A DNA stretch of 63,379 nt, filler included, from Phoronis australis (lineage: Eukaryota > Animalia > Phoronida): NCBI GenBank assembly GCA_002633005.1. It is 3 parts of 3 records of this genome, joined end to end, with 100 filler letters (N's around TTAATTAATTAA, not from the genome) between each part and the next. Parts side by side here need not be neighbours in the genome. Positions count along the whole stretch, not along the records: positions 1 to 27,109 come from NMRA01000018.1; 2 more parts are not named here. One strand, 5' to 3'. Positions within the stretch are counted from its first letter, which is position 1. Every line of letters starts with the position of its first letter. The translations under genes were made by a program, and so were the position numbers. Shown in pieces: positions 1 to 13,500 of this stretch. Under the pieces are notes generated by a model, which worked only from the letters and a program-made list of their open reading frames with translations, was not told the origin of the DNA and did no database searches.

Positions 1-190
1 GAGTCCTCAAAGTGGGCAGAACACAGAGTGGCCCCGGACCGAATCGCTTGGTCCACGATGACGTCCCACACTCTCGTTCGGCGCACGAAGTCATGCCACT
101 TCTGCGCAACTTTGGTGTCCTTCGGAACACCGAGACGTTTTCCGCCTGGCTGCTGTTGCTGCAGCCTCCGGAAACACATCTTTTGATCCC
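1..190 (-). pseudogene. Degenerate THAP zinc-finger remnant (transposon-derived)
   Basis: Minus strand reads IKRCVSGGCSNSSQAENVSVF, then a 1-nt frameshift, then PKDTKVAQKWHDFVRRTRVWDVIVDQAIRSGATLCSAHFED. This matches the THAP signature C-x4-C...FP...W...C-x2-HF. It runs off the window start. Confidence 0.75.
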
Positions 191-699
191 TCTACGAACC
201 TTCTCGACGCTAAATGTACTTTGCTTTCTCTTCACTCTATACACTTTGTCTCACTTTGTCTCTGATCCGAACGACCTGGGTTCAACCCATGACGTTGTAC
301 ATGATTATTATTTTTTTCAATTTTTGCGTGTTTTTTTATGAGCTGTGCACTAAAGGCACTGAAATCAAGTAAGATATAATAATAAAATTTATTTTGAGGT
401 ACTAGAGTCATGTTGTGTACACTTTAATGCCTGTGTATGAATTTTCCATTTTTACACATATTCTCAATGTTTTTTCTCTGATAGTACTTCAAAAATCAAT
501 GAAAATATTTGTTTTTAGAAACAAAAATAAAGTTTTCCCTCGGCGGAAGGGGGAGAACCTCCCTTCCTGACTTCCCTCCATTCAGTGCTATGCGCCTCTG
601 CAATCGTGGTTTGTGCAATTCTTTATGAAACAAAATGTTGGGCCACCCTTATCATATCCTAGATCTGCCACCTAGAATTATGTATGTGTATGAACATGT

Positions 700-783
700 A
701 CACACACACACACACACACGCACACACAAACACAAACACACACATCCACTCATATCAAACACACACATCCACTCATATCAAAC
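700..783. repeat. (CA)n microsatellite plus duplicated AAACACACACATCCACTCATATC
   Basis: Directly visible in the sequence. Confidence 0.9.
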
Positions 784-3700
784 TTAAATTTTGCAGTTAT
801 GTCTAGGTAATAGTTTACAAAAAATTGTTATGCACTCGTGCTGTGGAATGAGTATATCCTGACTGATTCACTGCTTTCAACCTAGTTTGAACATGGCAAC
901 TCTGTATATACATTGTATACAAGTCATTTTTCCCCCGAGTTGAAAAAAGGCCCACAACTGTGAGTTCACTTTACTCCTCAGCTGTGTGCCTCTCTCATTA
1001 ACTCGGCTTCCCAGTAATCATTACAATGTGTGTGTCCAAACTTGAAAGGTTCTGATTGACAGTGGGTGTCCAAATGTTACATTGGGCGTCCTTGCCAGGG
1101 CCTCCAGATTAGTTTTTAGGGTGACCAGGATGTACGATGCATAAAGGCCTGCTGGTCGGCCAGTGGGGATACAGCCATGTCCTTATCAGTTTGACAGTGG
1201 CAAACCAATGTTTACGTAGTCCAGCTCTCTTATTGTCTGCTTTCATCTGATAAGTTCACATATAGTCCAGCAACTGTTGTAAACAGCGCGCCTGCCGCTA
1301 ACCGATATTTAAAATTACTATTTGCAAACAACTTTCAACAAATGTCATGAAGCAGATGCGTTTGGTATGAAATACTTTCACCAAAAAACTTTGAATGGAG
1401 AAAAATGGTTGACTCTGAGAAATTACTCTTTACTTTCACCTGTTGATTTGTTTGTGTGACTGCAATTTCTGACCAACTTAAGGACAATGTTGTGTACCAA
1501 CACAAAAGGCATGCTTGACAAGTTTAATCGAGCGTGATTCTAGATCAGATTGTGATAGTGTAATTTTCTTGATTTTCACACTCCAGAGGAGAATGTTATG
1601 TAATGTACAATATGACTACACTTACCTACACTCATGATTTTGGTATTGTTCAATTCCTCGCATTACCTTTCCAAAAATACATGAAAATGCCTCCTACTCC
1701 ATTCCCTTAGTATTTTATCGTCAACTTTCTGCTCTCTCTGTTTGCCGGTAGTGCATGATATCGCCATATTGAATTGAAGGAGTCATCTGGCTGACAAAAA
1801 CAACTTATCTACTGCCACATATTCTTCAGAACATTGTTCTTCATATGTTCAAACTGTCCAATAGATGTCAGTCCTGGGCACGAGTTACAGTCCCAAGGGT
1901 TTGAATTCTTATGGTGATCCTGGTATGCATCTGCTAACACGAATCCACGAAAAGGATGTTGTTTAAATTTCAAGGTCCAAATTCATGAAAAGGATATCAC
2001 TATATCACTTCAGAGAATTCCATGTAAAAGTGGTCAAATGATCACAATTCTAAAGATTTTTGGGAAATGGAAAAATGTTGCTCCATGTTATTTTAGAAAA
2101 ACTTGAGGGGGAATGTTGCAGCCAAATACCATTCAAAATCATTGATAGTGTTTCATTCATAAGCAACAGGTGTCTCTATAATCTTGAGTTGTGCGAACAT
2201 AGTTGTGTCAACGAGGAAATGTGCAAACAGAATTTTGACGGTAAAATAGTGAGGAAACGCAATAGGAGATCCAACACATTCATATAATATATTTTTGGAA
2301 TGAGATTGTCAGAGGGAATCAAACAATGCCAAAATCATGTGTGTTGGTCAGTGACATCATATTGTAAACAATTACCAACGTCTAGTACCTGACCTTTTGA
2401 ATAACTGGGGCAAGTGGTCCTGTGCAGCAGGCACAGAGGGTGATCCTTACATAGGTCCATCACACACCTGAAGCATTTCAGCTAATTAAGCCTCACAGTG
2501 ACTCAAGTCACATTGCTATTAGTAACTTTTGACCTTAGAGGTACACCTTAGGAGGCCAGAGATGTCTTTAATTCCTTCTAGCTCAAACAAAAAGTCACTA
2601 ATTCAAGATTTCTTTGCAAGACGTCGCTTAATCTATTCGTTAAGAATTCCATTTTGTCCTGGTAGAAGAGCTGCAACCGTGGTGGCCAAATTTCAAGCAT
2701 CGGTGAACTCTGGCTGATCACCAGTGTAGTGTGTTAGTGAGGTGAACATTTATGGGATTTAAAATTTTCATGCAGTCAAAATAGAAATGGCTCAGTTCCC
2801 GATTCCAGTAACTGAACGAAGGACTAGTTGGAAAGAAATGTTGATTGTGGGAGTATTTACTCAAGTTGGAAGGATTTAAAGACTCCAACTGCTTCCAAAT
2901 GTGTCCATCTGGACTTGAAAGGTACACGTAACTTTGATAGTTTAGTAAGGGTTCAGCATAGTTTACACAAAATTGTGTGCTCACCCTTCAGTTACCGAAC
3001 GAAAACTTTCCAATGATTTAAGTACTGAATTTAAGGAATACACTCATCCTATATAAACTGGCCATGCGCTCATCTTTCTGACGTGTAAAGGTGCGAGACA
3101 TAACAATTGAGTAAAATCCAAATTTTGCTTGGATGGCAGGTGGGTTTATGAGATCTAAAGTTACTGTAATGCAGTCGACTTTTGTCAAGAACAGTAAATG
3201 AGTTCAGAGATGCTTAAAATTTGTTAACCTTCATTTGATCTTTAAAATTAAAGGGCATACTGGTAACCCCCAAAAATAAAGTGTTAGTGACAATTGTGAT
3301 GTAGTTTGTTAAAACTCAGATCTATACAATTTATACCTCATTAAAAATACAAGAGACCAAAAAAATATATAGATATACTATCATAAACATTTGGGTTAGC
3401 ACCCATGTTCACTTAACCGCCCATCCCCAACTTTAGGTGGATTTCCGATTTAAGCGCCCATGTCTGGTTAACGCCCACCCCCAAGTTTTTGTGTTTGCCA
3501 ATTTAGCTGCCCAGGGCGTTAAACTAAACATTTCCGGTAATCATGCAATACTCAACAAGCTGTCAAAGAGCCAGATTTTTAGAAGCAACAGTTTACATGA
3601 GGCAAGGTTCTCCAAACTTGGAATTCATTGTTTAAAAGGGGACTGGCCCCAACAAACTTATAACTCATACACTTCTCATGAGTATTAATGGTTTTCAAGC

Positions 3701-4336
3701 TTATGGATGTATGGTTTGTAAGACTGTAAGGATTATATTCAAGCTTGGAGAAAAATATTGCGTGAGGTGAAGCTTGACCGTGCTTGCTCAAGTAATGAGT
3801 GGTCTAAATAAGGTATTTTGAAAGTTGCAGAACCTTTAGAAGGGCCCGTTTTGGAAAAAAGTTAGCTGCCAAAACATAATTTCCCTTTCTGGAACTAACA
3901 AACAATAATTTCTTCTTTTAAGCATCCGTGGTATTTATTTTAAAAATATTCAACTAACATCTGAAATTACTGAGACATGAATGCAACTCCCTGTGCATTG
4001 GCTTGAATATTTTGCTCTTTTAAGTTCAGGTAAATCTCCAGTTCAAACTGTTTAAAAAAATTATGTTTTTAGATGCCCATGCACAGCCTAATGACCTGAC
4101 CCCATGTTATTGTTTTACTTCCTCAGTATAGGCGTGTTGGTTGTTGGCATGATGAATATAGTGTTTAACAATTAAGATGTGTGATTAGTTTTTCAAAACA
4201 TTCAATTTCAAAATGTTTGTGTCATTTTCTTTCTATTGTTATCTGAAAGAAATTAATCCTTATATAATGCTGATTTTCACAATGACATTTCAGAAAAATC
4301 AACACTTTAAATGTCTTATTTTACATGTTCTTACAG

Positions 4337-7300
4337 AAAAGCAGACTACGAGAACTTCTTATGCACGTTGTTACTGCCAGAACACGTGAGATCCAGTGTG
4401 TTTGCGATCAAGGCGTTTAATGTCGAGTTGGCTCAGGTATGGACAAAATCAGTATATTCCTAACTCATTTTCACAAAACAGCTGCTCTTTTTGAAAACTG
4501 CAGTTATATATTTTCCTACTTATAACTAAACAACACTATTGGGGGGATTTTTTTCTGCCTCGGGCTATGGAGTTTCACATATTACTGCATGACTTGTCTG
4601 TTGCGATCATTTTGTAGTCACCCTTTCTGTTGCGAGTTATGATTACTGTGCTATGAGCTGCATTGAAAACAGGAACATGGAAGCTGAAAAAGTAGCAATG
4701 GCAGTTTCATTCTGTAGGTTGCCCCCTGTAAATGCATGAGGCACCTGTTGCAGGTAAAAATTGACTGTCAAAGGTTGGAGTTTGCTAATGTGAACATAAT
4801 AGCCCATTGAATTCAGTGCAGCTGCTTCAGCTGCTTGGTCACCTAATGTAATCTTTTAGGACACTACATTATGTCATAAAACTATATGTGCCTGTTGAGT
4901 GTTGGCAGCCTAGCCACATGGTTCTCTTATTGTGTTGGCAGGGAATGACGTAATTGAAACTCCCGCTTCAGTTTACAAATTTAATTGGGTCTTGCCTCGA
5001 ATTTTCACCTGTAATAGGTCCGTCATGGGATCGCTGCTGTTGGTCACTGTCTATTTTTACACCTTAAATCCTAGAAGAGCGTATTTCAGTATTGGATCTG
5101 GCTATTGTTCCAGTAGAAAAAGTACACGTCGTCTTGTGTCAGTATGACTGGGTATCAAAGTGCGGCTCATTTTTACGGAGCTCTTTTAATCCCTTCATTT
5201 TCCTTTCAGGCTATAACAGTTGTTATTCTACAAGTTCAATAGCATTGTTCCAGGTCCAAGATATTGTATCTGAGAAACAGATAGGTTTGATGNTTTTTCA
5301 GGCTATAAGGAAACAAAAACTTTCTAAGAGATGGCTAACAAGAATTATTGAGCGTCGGGTAAGTGTGGTGTATGTGTTTTTTAATTGAAATTCAGATTTT
5401 GTGTGATGTATGGTAAAACTTTAACAACTTCAGACAAAAACAATTTCCTTCTAACGTTGTTGTGAATGTTCACAATTTTTGTCTAGTGGTAGCTATGGCA
5501 CAGAATTTGAACATTATTGGCAAAACGTTCATTTGGTGCTATGTTTCTTGACTGCCATATTGTGTCCTAAATTGGTGAGTTGTAACCACATACTTCTGTT
5601 GAGTAACGCATTTTCTCTAGAATATTGGTTTGCTTATAGTGAACCCCTGATATGAAGAACCTTTCATGCAGTGAGGTTCACTGTAATAAGGTTCGACAGT
5701 CGATGAAGTTTTGAAATAATCACATTTGGTGTAACAAAGTGGTGGGTTGTGGTCAGCAACTTCCAAGTAACTTTTATTAACAATAAAAAACATTGGTGTG
5801 AGTACTGTTGACTAATTTACAACTCCTTTTGGAATGTGATTTATTTACCCAGGAGCAGCAGCTACTCGCTGACGCCCCCTATCTTGACTTGGAAGAACTA
5901 GAAGACCATGGAGAGCAGACGATGTCTTCAGTTCATTATCTTACTCTACAGGCTCTGGGTAAAAATGACTTTTGCATTTATTTCACTATCGCGTATTACA
6001 ACCTCAATGATAAGTTTGGGAGAAAACTAAGCTTTTCAGTGTTTTAATATAAAGTTAGTGGTAACTAAACATGAATCAGAGATAAGCCACAATGCACTAG
6101 CCAATGTCAAAATCACTTTTGAGGTCTACCTTTTATGCACTTATTACTTTGATGTCGTCTTCTTTCTTTGCTAGGATTAGAAAAGATTTCTGCTCTGGAC
6201 AATTCGTATAAACTGAAGGTTATCTAGAACCTTATCAGTTATCAACATCTCTCTAATTAGCCCAATATGTTCATTAACTAAAGATTTTAAGTCTGTAAAA
6301 GATGAAATCTCAAAAATGCGGTTACAGTTTTCTAATTTCCGTGCGTTTTATGCAACTTTTGATTTTTTAAAATAAGAATGAGATGCAAAAGTGCTTATTT
6401 TTGATAGTAAAGTGGGACATTTTTAAAACAATTTCTAGAACTGTTTTGTAGGAAAGTGCATAAACCGTAGTATCTGAAAGTTTCATGTGAATCCAATCTT
6501 CCATTTCTGAGATGTGACGTTCAGAAGTTAGACAAATTTGCATATTTTTCTAGGGTCCCAGACAACAGTAACTTGACTATCAAATTTCATCTTTACATCC
6601 ATTCCACAGGTGTAGAAAATGTGAATGCTGACCACGCAGCAAGTCACCTTGGAAAGGCACAAGCAGTCACCACTGTTCTGAGAGCTGTGCCTTACCATGG
6701 TAACAGAAGTCGGGTATATCTTCCAACAGATGTCATGATTAAGGTAAGAACCTGTTATCATGTCTTTATACTCTTACTAGTTGTAGAAACCCAAGCATCT
6801 TGCTGGTTTAAAACAGTTGTTATTTTTCAGTTGTACATGGCCTTCCACTAACTGCACTAACCACACTTCTATCTTCAACCAGCGGAAGACACACTACAAG
6901 ATTTAGTGTAGACGTCCTTGTTATGCATTGGTATTGCAATATTTATTCACAATGCTCATGTAGATTTAGAGCAGCCCAATCCTTCCCCCTCCCCATGGAC
7001 ACAGCCAAATCAGTAACACTGTTGGTACCCTAGATTTGCCTGTGATGCTGCACTCATCTGGCAGCTGTACACCAAAACGATGCTGATCCTTATGTTGCTC
7101 CAAATTATTTTGATATTTGTCAATCTACAATACTAGCTAAGTTTTGGTGTTGATTAGCACCCAAGTTACGGTGCCATCACAAAATGTTGTAATCTGGCTG
7201 GGGTGCAATATATTTTTATCTTTGCGTCCCTCAGCTCAGTTGCCTTGAGCGGCCTTGTTAATCATGCAATGCATTTTTCTATCTTTGGGGCAGAAAATTG

Positions 7301-9507
7301 TTGGATTCAGAATGTGGTTGTAGGCAAACTGCAAATGGACTGGGTGCAGCCACGTGAGGAAATTTTAGGACTAACACTCGTGTTGACTCACCATTGCAGA
7401 ACAATGTGTCTCATGAAGATATCATTCGAGGTCGCCGTGAGCAGCGAGTCACTGATGTCATGTATGACATTGCTAGTAGAGGATACCAACATTTACAGAA
7501 GGTATGGTTTCCACAGTAAATATGCATGAGTATAGTTCAGAAACTATGTCATGACATGAACCGTCGTATTGCATTTGCCATCGCTTTTTGTCAGTACCAA
7601 TTTATTTTTTATTTGAGTACATGTAATTCACTGTTCCTAATTCATCCCGTTTATTCTGTCTTTTTGCAGGGAATTGTTGTATAGTTTCAAATCAGAGCAA
7701 TCGAGCTGTGTTTCTGTGATGACCCCCAACCTGCAGGCAATTTAATTACATGGGGTTGTGGAAATCATTAAACTTTTTACATATAGTGCATGGCAACAAA
7801 TGGAAAAGTCGGTCTGTTTTCTTAAGAGACTGGCAGACTTGAAAACTTCCTTCACGAAGAGCCATAATGGGACTCTCCTGCTTTAGCTCGGGTATTTTGT
7901 GCAATGGGCCTAACCATGAGGCCTGTGCACGTCTGATGCACCGCAAATGACATCAGGCCGCCTGCACTGTTTTTTTTTTTAATTCATATTTTTAAATCTT
8001 TTATAAAATTTGGACAGTTTGTTTGTGAGCTAGATATTATTATACAACAAGAGTTGCTGTTGTTAGTTTACTGTTCTTTAGACATCCTCGCGTTATCTAA
8101 TACTGAAACTTTTCCTGCCTAGTCCTTTGATAGTAATCTTCCAGTTATCAACAATTTCCTTTGCAATCATGGTTTAATATTTTCTGTGAATTTCTTCTCA
8201 ACAATCATATATACGAGCTTTCTTTTTTCAGGCAAGGTCGCTTTCGGCAGAAATTCCAACCAATGTCAAAGTAGCACTGTTACCCTGTGTAAGTACTCAA
8301 TTGATACTGGTCCCAAGTTTAATCATCCCGGCTGTATTATTGAATAATTTTAAAGCAATAATTTTCAATGCAGAGCATTTGTTTTCCTCCACTAAAAGTC
8401 TGGAAACAATGCGTAACTATTTTAGGCATGTTTATAATTTATAGTTTGTCTGACTTGTAAAATCTCTTGGTACTTGAATGATACAGTATGCCATGCAAGT
8501 ATTACTCTGTTACCTTTTAGACACATCTGTTCACCAGATTCTCCCCATAAATAACTGTGCATCAATATTTCGTGGGTGAGTGTTGCTAAAGAGGGCAGTG
8601 TGTTTCCTGGGACAATGTAAGCCACAGTTATAAGAAGTTAACCCCCCTGTTCACCTGTTGATGCTGAGAAAGTTGCTATATACTGCCATAGATTAGCTGC
8701 TCGGAGATGTAACACACCACGTTGAAAACCTGTCGCACGTGGCACGCAATGCCACCTGGTTTCTACATGGACAACTCATGTCCGGTTCCTGTCGCCGGGT
8801 AACTGTTTTGCTTTCATCAAAAAAACAAGACGAGGGAGATCGTGGCAGTTAATATAAGTCTGCTCTATTTCATTCATATTTGTGAACTTTTCGGAATTCT
8901 ATAAGCTGAAAGATATTATCAAATATTTCACATTTATTTATTTGAAGCTACGCTTTCATTTTTAATTTTTTTGTTTTATTGGTTGAATACATGCGAAGCT
9001 GTAATTCAATGCATGCTTCACAGAGAATGGGGGTGGTGTAACCCCCTTCTACATAGGAAAATATTTTGCAATAGTTTTGTATTTTTTGTGCCTGCCGAGT
9101 CTTTATCTTCATGTTTGGCATATGTGTTCCTATTAATGAGAGCATAACTTGCGTTGCTCCCTCTTGTGGGAATATTCAAAATAACGGTCATCCCTTGTAT
9201 CTGTGCTATATGTGGTGTACACAGTTGGAGGCGTTCAATACTCTGCGTTGTTCTTGTACACCAGAGGAACCCACCTCTGGCGAATGGCTATAACTTCGAC
9301 AATATTACAGACTTTGTGATGCTTATATTAATCCGCTCAGTTATTAGGTAATGATTGTTTTCTTTCATTGATTTGTAGGTAGCTGTTGACAACTACCTCA
9401 CAAAGCTTCAGAAACTTGACTTCGATGTCTTTCACCCCAGTTTGCAGCAAAGGAATCACATGTTAGCCTGGAATCTTTGGACACACAAGATTAAGAGGAA
9501 ATATTGA
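4337..9507 (+). CDS. NDUFAF6: NADH:ubiquinone oxidoreductase complex assembly factor 6 (squalene/phytoene synthase-like fold); 5' exon not seen
   Basis: GT-AG exons with consistent phases: 4337-4436 ([33 protein letters not shown]); 5254-5292 ([13 protein letters not shown], cut by the n at 5293); 5302-5358 ([19 protein letters not shown]); 5853-5958; 6610-6743 ([24 protein letters not shown]); 7400-7501; 8232-8288; 9379-9507 ([24 protein letters not shown]...RKY, stop TGA). The peptides match the NDUFAF6/C8orf38 family as I recall it. Confidence 0.93.
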
Positions 9508-10531
9508 CATTAAATGTTGTTGATCTTGTAAAAATAGAGAGTAGCTGTAGTCTTGAGTATTTATTGATTAAGTGAGTTTCAAATCGTGTAAAATTACAAT
9601 GATTGTACAAATATTGTATAACATTGAATAACATCCCGTTTGCTGAATCTGCACACACATGTTATATTTCACAAATGATCTGATGGCACATTGCTTGATT
9701 TAGTGATCATGTGATCTCATTGGTAATACTACCCACATAAACGTCACCCACCAACAACCACGTTACAACAAATTAATTAAGGCTATGCTTTGATCACTGA
9801 AGAATGATGTGCGCCTTAGAATCAAAACCCTCTGTAACACGAACAAAAATATTCTATTCCACTCGCCAGTGAGCTAGAGTTAACACACCAGCCAACTCAA
9901 GTTCACAACTACAACAGAATGGATAAACAACTTCCAATGTATCAGGGCAAATAGAAAGTCTTTAGCAAACCGATCGTGCGTCACATGAGTGACTCACAAA
10001 AACTGTAATCACAAGACAAGTTAAGTCATTTAATAGCAGCTAACTATGTAAAACTACAGATCCAATTACATTGTAAGTGGAATCCAACATACTTAAAATG
10101 TCAAAATAATACACATGAACAATTGAGCTGATCAACATGTTTAGCAACGAACTGACGTGTCAGTATTACTTGCGAATTCTACAATATTATTAATTCATTT
10201 ATGAGTACGGTCAAATCTTGCCAATTTCAGACAAAAGTAAACGCCAAATTCGTAATTTCATATTTCAAACACACCACAGCTAAGAGTAGCTATGTGTGGA
10301 ATTTAGAAAAAAGGCATTAATTTGGTACACCTCATCATTACAAACCATTACGGTTGCCTCATTGTTATCACACAAGCATCTGATAGTGGCAAACACAGAA
10401 AAATCATTTTAAGAATGCACACCCAATACCTATTAAAACATATTGATGAATATCCTATGTCTTTTCATCTCTCAAACTCTAATAGTTTGTCATAACAAGC
10501 TAAACTTCAAAAGATTGCCTACACCACTGCT

Positions 10532-13500
10532 TTACCATGGTAACTTAGACCCATTGGCATGACAGAAACTGCCAGTATCTCCCTCTCCCAGCCCGTGGAA
10601 GAGCTTAATTAAGCTCTCTGCACATTCATCCACGCTTGTTGGGGCGTTTGCTGAACCCATGTCAGTTTTGACCCAACCTGGGTGAATCGTTGCACACAAA
10701 ATACCTTCGCCTTTCAGGTCGATACTCTCGCTGACAGTTATCATGTTGATTGCCACCTACAACCAGAAGATTAAGCATAAGGGTTCACTGTTTAACCCAA
10801 TACCTGAATTCAAGGACAATAACCTATGCTTTTTCAGTTCTCAGTATGCGGAATGTGCTTCATTGATAACTGAACACAAGTGTTATTAGGTTCGATAACA
10901 AAAAAATCTGAGATACAAATTTCATCTGAATTTGAAAACGAGTTTCGAATTATATGAAAGAGACTCTCTGGCAACTGAACAAATGCTGGCTCAGTGTTAA
11001 TTCCAGTGCTGGGCCTTTTCAGAAAATATCAATTCAGCATTCAAAACCTCTCCCCATAATACAGTTACAGTACATATATAACTAGCACTTCAGAATAGAG
11101 CATGGGTTTAGTTTAAAAGGTAGACTTTGTTTTGAGGTAGTGCATGGATGAAAAGAATATCCCAATCTGCATCTTCTAGAGTGCAAAGTACTTTATGTTT
11201 ACATTTTTATGCTATTGTTTTTGTTTACGACCTTTCTTAGGCCTTGACAATCGCTGAATAACTAGAGATGGGCCTTTGAAATTCAGTTATTCGCCAGTAT
11301 ATAAAACTATTCCAAAATGCACCATAAGAGGTCAATTGGTACAAAGATCGTCTTACTTCGAAAATGTTGTTTCTCCTAACAGTTTTAAAGGTGTACTCTT
11401 CAACTTCGGTGCACTCGTGTAACCCAACTAACCCAACATGCCAATAAAAAATTACTTTTCTAAGTGATCCAGATTTTATAGGTCAAAGGTCACAGAGTGC
11501 AAATATAAATTATGAGTTAGAAACTTCAAATTTGCCTAAAGTGATTAAGTATCAGTGCCATTCAATTTGCACAACACACAGTATATAATCAGCGTACTTA
11601 ATCTAATAATTCCAAATGCCACAAGGTAAATGTCCACTGCTCGTTATCATTGCAAACATTACTGCATCAATCACATGCTGTCATCACCACAACCACACAC
11701 AGAGTTGTTACTACCTTCCTTGGCAGTAACCTAGTTTCAATCTTAATGTATTGCCAACTCCTCCAAGCTCTGCTGACCCAACACTCCTCTGGTACCAACT
11801 GCTAATGTTCTGCAACTGTTGGTCATTCATTGTACTTTCTGCAACTATCTCCCTCTGCACTGCGACACTGCTGGTCACAGACGGTTGTTGTGCAACACAT
11901 TGTCAGAATCTGCGGCATAGTACACACAGAAAAATGATAATTACCTTGCTTGCACGGTATGTATAGAACTTCCCAGAGGTATTATCGTCGATTGATCCCA
12001 TGCGAGATGTCATATTCAAAATGGCAGCTCGACGGACACTCATTGGTTGGCTGGAATTCTTAGCAGCGGCCATCTTGAGTAATGGATGAAATGCCTGAAA
12101 TAAAAAGTAAATTCTTTCTCTTAATTTGTTTTTATCTGGCTCCGTCTTATGCCTCCCTTCTCCGCTATCTATGATGGTTTCTCTATCACTCCTAACAATT
12201 TTTTTTTTTGATTTCTTAAATCAAGGCTTGGAATTTTCCGCGGAAACGCGAATTTCCGCTTTTTTCAAATGTTCTGTCCACGTATTTTAATATATTTCCG
12301 CGTAAAAAAATGGATTTTATATAAAATTTCCCCGGCAAATTTCTTTCTTACCGCGACATTGCCGACGACTTTCACCTCGAAAAGCGGAAGTTGCTCTTTA
12401 TGTTTTGGAGGAACGTAAATTGTCAACATTGCCGGGGCATCAGGGATAATGTGGTGGATTTCTTCAATGGCGTCTCATGTGATTGTAAACGCACGCTTCT
12501 TGAGGTGGTACCATTTTTTTTTTAGTCCTCCCGGTTTTTGTCAGCAAAATGTCTACATCGACTATTTCAAGGCCGGGTGTGCGCATGTTTTGGGCCGTAA
12601 AAATTTCTGCTTTTTTGTCATTGGTCATTTCAAGCCCTGATCAATACAAACTCACTTGGATTGAATATTTTCATTTGGCTACTGAGACTGCTAGATGCAA
12701 ACCCCAAAGTGCCAAACTTTACAAACAAAAAGTGATAGAATCACGCAATATCTGCAAATCTAATTGGATCTGAAAATGAGTTTCTGTATTATGCTGACTG
12801 GCCCATCTTATAGCCATGAAATTGTAACCTTGTAGCTGTTTTCATAGAAGAGGCAAAATTCTCTTATTTTGAAAGCAGAGGTCACTTTTGACAATTTTTT
12901 TTTATTTGTGGATAAAAATATTTCAAAACCCCACTAGTACCTAGTTTTGGCTTTTTGATTTTAGATGTTTTCAGTGTATGGAAAAGTTGTAGCGAGCCAG
13001 TAGGATAGGTACAGGTTTTATTTGCACTAGTTGACTCCTGACGTTTCGTTAAATTCCATAACTTCACTAAGAGTAATTTCTACTAACACGATACTCTGAT
13101 TTGTTCAAGGATTCCATAGTAAACATTTGCGAAAATATTTTATATAAGAAAAGCTTTAAAAACTCAACCTAGTGGCTTATAGTGAAGAGTGTATTAAACA
13201 AGGTTTCGCCATTGTACCATGAACGTAGTTGTTAGTGGCACACCTTCACCACCTACATAAATCTCGACTTCATCTGGTTACACAATTTTGACTACAGTGT
13301 CTTTGTGAAAGAGGTCATAGAGATCATGTAATAATATGTTCTAGTTCCGGGAGTACTCACATAAAAGAGGTATACATAATGTGCTGTTTAGAGAGGTAGA
13401 CTTTTTCAAAGAATAATTCCGTATTAAAGGCAGGCTTTTCTGACAAAATTTCCTGACAAAGCATGCCTTTCTGATAATCTCATTACAAAAGGTTCACTTT

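Noticed and set aside
1650-3010. Possible degraded coding sequence (also 21560-22620 and 28880-29730)
   Set aside because: Composition hints at old transposon ORFs, but I could not recognise any motif or consistent frame.
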